Part shown: piece after piece, positions 57,005 through 64,000 of the stretch
How the letters are laid out: every line of letters begins with the position of its first letter
How positions within the stretch are numbered: the stretch's first letter is position 1
Source: an uncultured Gammaproteobacteria bacterium
GTDB taxonomy: Bacteria; Patescibacteriota; Patescibacteriia; Magasanikbacterales; GWA2-37-8
Assembly: GCA_964407865.1 (NCBI GenBank)
Contig: CAYOXC010000001.1
Span: forward strand, 203,978-267,977
Reading direction: 5' to 3'
Length of the DNA stretch: 64,000 nucleotides
Translations under genes and position numbers: made by a program
Notes under the pieces: model-generated
Seen by the model: only the letters and a program-made list of their open reading frames with translations
The model's database searches: none
What the model was told of the DNA's origin: nothing

Positions 57005-58777
57005 ATGAAAAAATGGCTGGTACAACAAAAACCGCCAGAAAGTTTTTTATCTTCTCACCCTGAACTACCGCCGACTGTGGCACAACTTTTGTGGAATCGC
57101 CAACTTCGCTCTCAAGAGCAAATAGATGAATTTCTAAATCCCGACTACTCAACTGATGTGCACGATCCTTTTTTATTTAGTGGAATGAAAAAAGCAGTTG
57201 AAATAATTTTTTCAGCCATTGTAAATAATGAAAAAATAGTAGTACATGGCGACTATGATGCTGACGGGGTTAGCGCTTCGGCAATACTCATAAAAACATT
57301 AAAAATCCTAGGATCGAAAAATTATTCTGTTTTTATTCCACATCGAGAAGACGACGGATACGGCCTAAACAATAACACGGTTAAAAGTTTTATTGAGCAA
57401 AATATTAATTTGGTTATTACCTGCGATTGCGGCATAACCAATATTGATCAAATCAAGGATCTAAAGGAAGCTGGAATTAAAGTTATCGTAACCGATCATC
57501 ACGCTCCGGCTAAAAATTTGCCAATGGCCGATGCCATAATTCACGCTCTCATTCCCGGAGAAAAATATCCTGATAAAGGTCTAGCTGGCGCTGCTGTTGC
57601 CTTTAAACTAGCCCAGGGATTGATAAAAAAACACAACAAAAACTCTGAGACGCTACCCGACAATCAATCACACGAAGGTTTTGAAAAATGGCTACTTGAT
57701 CTTGTAGCAATCGCCACTATCGGCGACATGGTACCGCTTATTGGTGAATCACGCACCTTGGCTCGCTACGGATTAACTGTCCTAAACAAAACGCGTAATT
57801 TAGGCTTAAAAGAACTACTGTTAGTCTCTTCGATTACAGATGAGACAGGGCAACCAAAAAGAGGCGCTATTAGCGCGGAAAATGTAAGTTTTCAAATTGT
57901 ACCACGCTTAAACGCAGCCGGGCGCATGGATCATGCTAACTCAGCTTTTGGGTTACTTATGGCTGAAGACGAAGCAACCGCTTCTAATCTTGCTAAACAA
58001 CTAAACCAAAACAACATTGAACGACAGAAATTGACTGAACAACTCCTCAATCAAGCGATAAAGCAAATTAAAAAATTAAAGCAGGAAAATAGCCAAGCGC
58101 TATTTGTTTTTGACAAAAAATGGCCAGCCGGGCTTCTTGGTTTAATGGCCGGCAAATTAAAAGATCTTTATTACAAACCGTCTTTTGTGATGACTGAAAT
58201 TGATGGTGAAATTGTTGGATCGGCTAGAAGCATTCCGGAATTCAGCTTGGTTGAATCTTGGAAAGACATGGAAGAATTGTTTTCAAAATTCGGCGGACAT
58301 AAAACAGCTGGTGGCTTTTCATTAAAATCAAAAGAGCTTCTCGAAACCATGAAAGAAAAAACTTTAGCTGCTGTAAAGAAAACTGTGGGTGAAATAGAAC
58401 TAACACCTCAAATTATCATTGACGCTGAAGTTAATCTTGAAGACGTTGATTGGAAACTGTATGATCTGTTACAAAAATTTGAACCATTTGGTCAGGCTAA
58501 TGAAGAGCCGTTATATACAGCTTCCGGGCTTACAGTAATGCAAATTGAGCCAGTTGGTCAAGATGGAAAGCATTTAAAACTAATGGTTAAGCACAATTCA
58601 CATTTAGTTCGCAAAACCATTGCTTTTGGTTTTGGTGACAATAACAAACATCCGTCTGATTGGAAAAAAGCACTTAAACCTGGGGATAAAATTGATTTAG
58701 TTTTTACTGTAGGGGTCAACGAGTGGAATGGTAACCGTGAGCTAGAACTATCTGTAAAAGACATTAAAAAACATTAA
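57005..58777 (+). CDS. recJ: single-stranded-DNA-specific exonuclease RecJ
   Basis: DHH motifs (VHGDYDADGVSA, DHH) plus a DHHA1 domain. Confidence 0.9.
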   Translation: MKKWLVQQKPPESFLSSHPELPPTVAQLLWNRQLRSQEQIDEFLNPDYSTDVHDPFLFSGMKKAVEIIFSAIVNNEKIVVHGDYDADGVSASAILIKTLKILGSKNYSVFIPHREDDGYGLNNNTVKSFIEQNINLVITCDCGITNIDQIKDLKEAGIKVIVTDHHAPAKNLPMADAIIHALIPGEKYPDKGLAGAAVAFKLAQGLIKKHNKNSETLPDNQSHEGFEKWLLDLVAIATIGDMVPLIGESRTLARYGLTVLNKTRNLGLKELLLVSSITDETGQPKRGAISAENVSFQIVPRLNAAGRMDHANSAFGLLMAEDEATASNLAKQLNQNNIERQKLTEQLLNQAIKQIKKLKQENSQALFVFDKKWPAGLLGLMAGKLKDLYYKPSFVMTEIDGEIVGSARSIPEFSLVESWKDMEELFSKFGGHKTAGGFSLKSKELLETMKEKTLAAVKKTVGEIELTPQIIIDAEVNLEDVDWKLYDLLQKFEPFGQANEEPLYTASGLTVMQIEPVGQDGKHLKLMVKHNSHLVRKTIAFGFGDNNKHPSDWKKALKPGDKIDLVFTVGVNEWNGNRELELSVKDIKKH

Positions 58778-58807
58778 AATAATCTTCGTAATATATACAT
58801 AAAAAAA

Positions 58808-58836
58808 TAATAGAACTCCAAATGGAGCTCTATTAT
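58808..58836. terminator. bidirectional hairpin terminator
   Basis: aatagagctcca-tttg-gagttctatt on either strand. Lies between convergent genes. Confidence 0.65.
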
Positions 58837-58856
58837 TTTAATATATCTCACTAATT

Positions 58857-59168
58857 TTATTTTTTTCTGATATCCTTAGCCATCTTATCCCAGCGTTTTT
58901 GTAATTGCCGTATTAAGTTATTTTTCATATCCTGTGCTAATTCTTTTTTAACAGCGTATTCTTCAACTGCTCGCTCAACTAAGGCATCCCACATTTCTTT
59001 GGTCGGTCCTTCAAGTTGTTTAATACTCTCTTTAAGCTCATTGTAAAGAGGCTCGAGATGGGCAGCTATCTTTGCGCGATATTCTTTTCCCTTGGTAGTT
59101 GCGTTTAACCACATCAAGGCTGCGCCCAAAATACCACCTACTACTAATCCTTTTTTGAATCGACCCAT
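58857..59168 (-). CDS. YtxH-like small membrane-anchored protein
   Basis: N-terminal KKGLVVGGILGAALMWL followed by a coiled-coil. Confidence 0.45.
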   Translation of the reverse strand: MGRFKKGLVVGGILGAALMWLNATTKGKEYRAKIAAHLEPLYNELKESIKQLEGPTKEMWDALVERAVEEYAVKKELAQDMKNNLIRQLQKRWDKMAKDIRKK

Positions 59169-59189
59169 ATATTAGAATAGATTAAATAA

Positions 59190-60029
59190 TTAACCGCAAC
59201 TCGCGTCTGTGTTCGCGCCAACAGCTGTTCCAAAACCTGGCCCGGCGCTTTGCGTACTCAAGGTTTCAGAGCACTCAGCTGGTGGATTGTTGAATGCACC
59301 GCAAATTGCTTGTTTAACTGCTTCCGGACTTCTGTTCGAATCAATCTGAACTCCGTTAATCACCAGCGTTGGAGAGCCTGCTACACCATATTCCTCATTA
59401 AGATCCTGATGAACTGGATAAATCGGAAAACGTCCGCTTAACCAACTTTCTTTGTCGTTGTATTTGGCGGTGATACCAAACTGCTTATCAGCGCTCGCTA
59501 CACATGCATTCATTTTACTTTCATTAACACCGGCTTCTTTTAGACAAGATTTATAATCATCTTTCGTGGTAAAACATGTGAGGTACTTTATAAACTTATC
59601 CTGCTGTTCCTTTTGGATACAATACTGCCGTGTGTTTTCATCTATTTCCTGCTTTTCGTGCATCGCATAACTGACGAACTTAATGTCCATTTCTGCCTTG
59701 CCTTTTAATAATTCCATGACTGGTAAAAATGCTTTTTCCATTTGTAATCCGTAAGGACAATAAGACATAACAAACAATTCAGCTTGTGGCTTGTCAGATT
59801 TCGGCGCTTGAGCAACCGGCAAACTGTCATTCTGACCGGCTACTGCTTGCTGCCCAACATTTTTAGTTTTAGAAGCAGCCACACAATTTAATCCTCTGGT
59901 TAAGGCCAAAACTGTGAGAACAATGAAACCAATCGTACAGATAACTAAAAGTCCACTAACAATGCCAAGCACGAGAGCACTTTTAGGCTCCAGTAATTCA
60001 AAAAATCTCCTTTGATCTTTATTTTCCAT
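59190..60029 (-). CDS. membrane-anchored thioredoxin-fold (DsbA-like) protein with a CPYG variant motif
   Basis: N-terminal TM segment. FVMSYCPYGLQMEK lies at the position of the DsbA CxxC. Additional Cys pairs at the C-terminus. Confidence 0.5.
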   Translation of the reverse strand: MENKDQRRFFELLEPKSALVLGIVSGLLVICTIGFIVLTVLALTRGLNCVAASKTKNVGQQAVAGQNDSLPVAQAPKSDKPQAELFVMSYCPYGLQMEKAFLPVMELLKGKAEMDIKFVSYAMHEKQEIDENTRQYCIQKEQQDKFIKYLTCFTTKDDYKSCLKEAGVNESKMNACVASADKQFGITAKYNDKESWLSGRFPIYPVHQDLNEEYGVAGSPTLVINGVQIDSNRSPEAVKQAICGAFNNPPAECSETLSTQSAGPGFGTAVGANTDASCG

Positions 60030-60031
60030 AA

Positions 60032-60667
60032 TTATTTATTAATTAATATGTCATAAATAGATACGCAAGCTAACGCTTCCATATCTTCTTTAGTTAATTT
60101 TATATTATTACCAGTATTAGTCAAGTGGATATTCTTAGATATTATTCGCTGCTTCTCTTCTTCTAAATTGATTATTTTCGATCTGTCGGTCAAACGGCGC
60201 GCAAATCTCGTCTTGTTAAAACTTAAAATATCAAAACAAATTATTGCGTCTGCGATGTCATAAATTTTTTTATCATTTCTGTAATTATACCAACGAACAA
60301 AATATGAAAATAAATCAGATAACATCATCTCTCGCCAATATGTAACAACCAATGGCTGCTTATTGCCAATTTCCTTCCACTTGATAATTTTAGGAATAAG
60401 TCCAAGTGCTGGTAAGTGCAGGTGGATTATATCAAAATCATCAAACGAACTGATCACTGCATCGCTTTTAAATAATCCAACGAATTTTACACCAGGTACA
60501 ACTTGTTTCAGAGATGTTTTTTGCTTTGAACTAACCGCTCCATATTGCAAAGTAAAAGCTTCAACTTCAATACCAAGTTCTTTTTGTTTATTAACTACAG
60601 CCATTGCATTGTTGCGGATATCATCAAAGTACTCAAAGGCGGATGGAATAATATGGAGTACGCGCAT
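60032..60667 (-). CDS. glycosyltransferase-like protein (GT4 N-terminal domain only)
   Basis: Begins MRVLHIIPSAFEYF, like GT4 N-terminal domains. Too short for a full GT-B enzyme. Confidence 0.4.
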   Translation of the reverse strand: MRVLHIIPSAFEYFDDIRNNAMAVVNKQKELGIEVEAFTLQYGAVSSKQKTSLKQVVPGVKFVGLFKSDAVISSFDDFDIIHLHLPALGLIPKIIKWKEIGNKQPLVVTYWREMMLSDLFSYFVRWYNYRNDKKIYDIADAIICFDILSFNKTRFARRLTDRSKIINLEEEKQRIISKNIHLTNTGNNIKLTKEDMEALACVSIYDILINK

Positions 60668-60668
60668 A

Positions 60669-61496
60669 TCACTTTTTTACCGCCCTGATAAAATAATTAG
60701 GCGAAGGCAACCGAGATAATAATATTGATTCTAGTGTAACCAAGCTGTTAACCGTATATTTAAAAAATTTAAAAAACGCACCTTTTCTAACAGATAATTC
60801 TCTAAAATATTTCTCATTGTTTAAATGTTCGCCAGATATTTTTTGCATTCGCTGCATGCCGTAAAAAGCAATCAATCCAATAATCTGACCAAAAAAATGT
60901 TCACTATAAGATTTGTCTATTATATAAAAACCAACTTTGTCTAAAACTTTCTCAACATCCTTGCGTGTAAATATATTAATATGTCCAGCAAAAATCTTTG
61001 TTAAATCGTTCTTTAAACCAAACTTATCGAGTATGTTCCAAGCCGAAAGAAAATCTTTTTCACAGGGAACAAACACAAAAATTTTTCCACTTCTTTTAAG
61101 AACTCGCTTAATCTCAATTAAAAAATTTTCAGGCCACGAAACATGCTCTAAAACATCAAAGAAAAAAACGACATCAAACTCATCTTCTTCATAAGGCAAA
61201 GCACTCTCAGTGCATTGACGGTAGTTAACCCCATCTTTCATGGACTTAGCTTGACCAATCGCTTCACTGCTAATATCCGTCCCAAAACATTCTAGTTCCG
61301 GCCGTGCTGATTTAAGCGCTTTAATAAATGATCCTGCGCCACAACCAACCTCTAATACGCGTGAACCGCTCTTTTCTTTCACAAGCGCTTTTAATAAACG
61401 GCGTAAGCGAATATTGGTTGGATTAGACCAGTTTAAACTTGCATCTGCCTTACCCCAAATTGATTTTTCATAATCAAAAGACACAATTTTTCGCAT
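60669..61496 (-). CDS. class I SAM-dependent methyltransferase
   Basis: VLEVGCGAGSF motif I and DVVFFFDVLEH. Confidence 0.8.
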   Translation of the reverse strand: MRKIVSFDYEKSIWGKADASLNWSNPTNIRLRRLLKALVKEKSGSRVLEVGCGAGSFIKALKSARPELECFGTDISSEAIGQAKSMKDGVNYRQCTESALPYEEDEFDVVFFFDVLEHVSWPENFLIEIKRVLKRSGKIFVFVPCEKDFLSAWNILDKFGLKNDLTKIFAGHINIFTRKDVEKVLDKVGFYIIDKSYSEHFFGQIIGLIAFYGMQRMQKISGEHLNNEKYFRELSVRKGAFFKFFKYTVNSLVTLESILLSRLPSPNYFIRAVKK

Positions 61497-61502
61497 TAGA
61501 TA

Positions 61503-62618
61503 TTAAATATAATCCTGATAAATTTTTTCTAAACTATCAATATGACTATTCCATGAACAATCCATTAATTTAGCTCGAGCGCGCGAGGATATCTCTTGTC
61601 GCTCTACGCCAGATAATGAAAATATCATTTCTGCTTTTTCAACCCAGTCATTCTGATCATCAAGCTTGGCTAAAAAACCATCAACGCCGTCTATTATTCG
61701 ACTCTTGATGCCGGGAATATTATTTGCCAAGACAACTCCACCCGAAGCCATGGCTTCAACTGCAACTAGCGAAAAAGATTCAGAACGCGATGGTACTGCG
61801 ACTAAATCTGCCGCTCTATAAAAGGCTGATAATCTTTTTTCATCATTAACAGACCCGATAAAAATTACTCTTTTCTCATAAACGGTATTTTTTACTAAAG
61901 CCTTGAGTCGTTTTTCATCATAACCTCCTCCAACTATCAAGAGCACTGTCTCGTCTTTAAATCGAGGAAATATTTCAAATAAAAATTCTAAATTTTTAAC
62001 AGCTAAAAAATTGCCTACAAATAAAACCGTTTTTTTTTCTTTTAATTCCGGTAAACCCGTACTACTCCAGTCGCTGTTGTCCGGCTTAAAAATATCTGTG
62101 TCAACACAATTTGGTAGAATCAATAATTTTTTCTTATCAATATATCTGCCACATTTTGATACATTAAAATAATCTTCATCAACGGCAATAACTCGATCGG
62201 CTAAACGAAATAATATTTTTGAATATAGTAAATCGTACAAATTTTGTAAAATTCTTTTTAAACCATTTCCTTGAGGATCCATATGATATGTTACAACAAA
62301 AGGAAAACCAATTAATTTTTTTGCAGTAATTAAGGAACCCGCCGCTCCATAAAAAGGATAGTGCAAATGTACCAAGTCGAAACCGGCAAGCTCTCGACTA
62401 AGATTGACCAGCCAACCGCCATCGCCGATTCGCAATAAGGGCTTAATTCTGCGGACCTTAAAAGGAAATTTTTCATCAGCATACTGACAAGATCCATAAT
62501 CAAGCGTGATAACCGTAACCTGGTGCTTATCTGATAAACGTTTCGCCTCTTCAAAACAGACGCGGCCCATACCGCCGATGTGCGGAGGAAATGTAGAAAC
62601 AAGAAATGCAATTCTCAT
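61503..62618 (-). CDS. glycosyltransferase family 4
   Basis: GT-B fold. C-terminal ESFSLVAVEAMASG motif. Confidence 0.8.
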   Translation of the reverse strand: MRIAFLVSTFPPHIGGMGRVCFEEAKRLSDKHQVTVITLDYGSCQYADEKFPFKVRRIKPLLRIGDGGWLVNLSRELAGFDLVHLHYPFYGAAGSLITAKKLIGFPFVVTYHMDPQGNGLKRILQNLYDLLYSKILFRLADRVIAVDEDYFNVSKCGRYIDKKKLLILPNCVDTDIFKPDNSDWSSTGLPELKEKKTVLFVGNFLAVKNLEFLFEIFPRFKDETVLLIVGGGYDEKRLKALVKNTVYEKRVIFIGSVNDEKRLSAFYRAADLVAVPSRSESFSLVAVEAMASGGVVLANNIPGIKSRIIDGVDGFLAKLDDQNDWVEKAEMIFSLSGVERQEISSRARAKLMDCSWNSHIDSLEKIYQDYI

Positions 62619-62643
62619 AAATATAGCAACTGATTATCGAAAG

Positions 62644-63516
62644 TTATAAAATAACACCCTCCCGATCTTCCTCAAATGTTGAATCATGTAACATATAAAC
62701 ATCCGCACCAAAATCATCAAGACCGACAAGCTCAGCTTCTTGTCTTAGAATCATTTCATAAGGACGACAAAACTGACAACCTGCATCGCCCCCTTGGCAG
62801 CGAAAACGATTAAGCTGTCTAGCCAATTTTATCCGCAATGCAACATCCATCACCTTATTTACACTTTCTTTCAAACTTGGCAAAGACCGCTCTGCCAATC
62901 GATCGCTAATACCAAGATACCAATAGCTCGCTTTGCTGACTGAACGCTTTTGGCAATTAACGACTAAAAGATGATAAATTGGAAGTTGTAATGAATCGTC
63001 GTTTTCCTCAGACTTACCTGTTTTAAAATCAATAATATGCACACTGTCGATATCAGGCAAATATTCAAGCCAATCAATTTTTCCACATAGAATAATTCCC
63101 TCCTCTTCCGATAACCAAAAATATGGCAAATCCATATTAATTTTTACCGATAATTCCGCAATCGGTCCAGGGTGGGCCATCACTCGACGCATCATTTCTT
63201 CTCCTCTTTGTTTATAACGATATTCAACTTCATCGCTTACAAATCCACCTCGCTTACCCGAAACCTTAACCCAAGCGTCATTAAATTTTTTAACCAAAGA
63301 GTCATTTAGACGTTTCTCTCTGGGCAAAATTGACAAAGACTCAAGTACCTCATGAACAATTTGACCCAAAGACAAAGAGGGTGAAACAATTTTAATTTTA
63401 TGAGTCGTTTGAGGGTCTCGATAAATATTTTTAAGATAATACGCTCTTTGACATCGTAAAAAATCGCTTATTGAGCTATGTGAAACCCAGACGGCATTAT
63501 ATTTATCAAGTGCCAT
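62644..63516 (-). CDS. PD-(D/E)xK nuclease-family protein with a C-terminal Cys cluster (RecB/Cas4-like fold)
   Basis: IIDFKTGK and QLPIYHLL core motifs. C-terminal CQGGDAGCQFC. Confidence 0.5.
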   Translation of the reverse strand: MALDKYNAVWVSHSSISDFLRCQRAYYLKNIYRDPQTTHKIKIVSPSLSLGQIVHEVLESLSILPREKRLNDSLVKKFNDAWVKVSGKRGGFVSDEVEYRYKQRGEEMMRRVMAHPGPIAELSVKINMDLPYFWLSEEEGIILCGKIDWLEYLPDIDSVHIIDFKTGKSEENDDSLQLPIYHLLVVNCQKRSVSKASYWYLGISDRLAERSLPSLKESVNKVMDVALRIKLARQLNRFRCQGGDAGCQFCRPYEMILRQEAELVGLDDFGADVYMLHDSTFEEDREGVIL

Positions 63517-63522
63517 ATTATT

Positions 63523-63846
63523 TTATTCCTCCTTTAAAGCAATTTCCCGAGTTAATCGTGTAATTTCCCTTTTCTGTTTTTCCTGATTTATCATCAGTCT
63601 AAATATTAAGAAAAATATAATAACCAATGAAACGTAAACAACCAAATCAGCACCACGTCCGATTCCCAAAATTCTAGCTAAATAAAATGTTGCATCCGGC
63701 CAGATAACAATTACAGCAGCTGCCAACCAAAAAATAATCCAATAAAATAAGTTTCCTAGTGTAATATCACGGTTTAGCCATCTTGCAATTGCCTTAGCTA
63801 TGGCAAAAGCAAAAAATATTAACAGCAAAATTTGAATTAGCATCAT
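63523..63846 (-). CDS. DUF2304-family small membrane protein
   Basis: Three TM helices. Typically found next to GT2 glycosyltransferases. Confidence 0.55.
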   Translation of the reverse strand: MMLIQILLLIFFAFAIAKAIARWLNRDITLGNLFYWIIFWLAAAVIVIWPDATFYLARILGIGRGADLVVYVSLVIIFFLIFRLMINQEKQKREITRLTREIALKEE

Positions 63847-63847
63847 A

Positions 63848-64000
63848 CTATTTAATTATTTTTGAAAATAATAAATCTTTTAATATATACAGACCACTTA
63901 AAAATCCCTGGCCATACTCCCTATAAATAACCCTAATCGAAACCTCGGCAAATTTTAATTTTTTTTCCGCAATAATTTTTACAATTTCAGAATTATGCGC
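63848..64000 (-). CDS. partial CDS: C-terminus of a GT2 (dolichyl-phosphate-sugar synthase-like) glycosyltransferase running off the window end
   Basis: Translation ...AEKKLKFAEVSIRVIYREYGQGFLSGLYILKDLLFSKIIK* matches the C-terminal amphipathic region of GT2 enzymes that precede DUF2304. Confidence 0.45.
   Translation of the reverse strand, partial: AHNSEIVKIIAEKKLKFAEVSIRVIYREYGQGFLSGLYILKDLLFSKIIK

Noticed and set aside
1-64000. CRISPR arrays, rRNA genes, integrases or transposases
   Set aside because: I found no regularly spaced short direct repeats with unique spacers, no rRNA-like segments, and no tyrosine/serine recombinase or DDE transposase motifs among the ORFs. In particular none lies within or beside the tRNA-linked islands.

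Overview
This is a low-GC, gene-dense bacterial chromosome segment, mostly on the minus strand, with short intergenic regions and several GTG/TTG starts. Weak Shine-Dalgarno signals, no encoded 3' CCA on the tRNAs, a stripped-down dcw cluster and many glycosyltransferases suggest a small-genome Patescibacteria/CPR-like organism; this is an inference.

Core content:
- Cell wall and division: uppP, ftsEX, a MurE-like ligase, murG, an FtsW/RodA protein, mraZ-rsmH-ftsL, murJ, and a dnaG-rpoD operon.
- Transport and translation: a MacAB-like exporter, a cca-pilT pair, lepA, recJ.
- Sugar metabolism: a dTDP-sugar gene set followed by four GT2 glycosyltransferases.
- A B12-binding radical-SAM gene next to an AdoMetDC-like gene.
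- Seven tRNAs: Asn, Gln, Thr, Gly, Lys, Pro(GGG) and Pro(CGG).

The strongest candidate for an undescribed system lies at 32.3-37.6 kb, immediately downstream of tRNA-Pro(CGG). It holds two tandem three-gene nuclease cassettes with no sequence similarity to each other. Cassette 1 carries an HNH nuclease with homing-endonuclease-associated repeats, an AlbA_2/Schlafen-like protein and an unknown protein. Cassette 2 carries a DUF559/Vsr-like protein, a HEPN-motif protein and a McrB-N-like DUF3578-HNH fusion. Each cassette is bounded by the same two conserved elements: an upstream ~200-bp repeat 'A' carrying a near-consensus sigma70 promoter, and a downstream ~130-bp repeat 'B' carrying a terminator hairpin. 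Degraded or partial tRNA-Pro 3' ends sit at the cassette junctions, and no integrase is present.

Other notable observations:
- Two ~160-nt structured repeats with compensatory base changes, each embedded in a tRNA-like frame (beside tRNA-Asn and at the far end of the island).
- att-like tRNA 3'-end duplications at tRNA-Asn and tRNA-Lys.
- A membrane-anchored Clp-like AAA+ protein with a degenerate first nucleotide-binding domain, sitting inside the dcw cluster where ftsI and mur genes normally lie.
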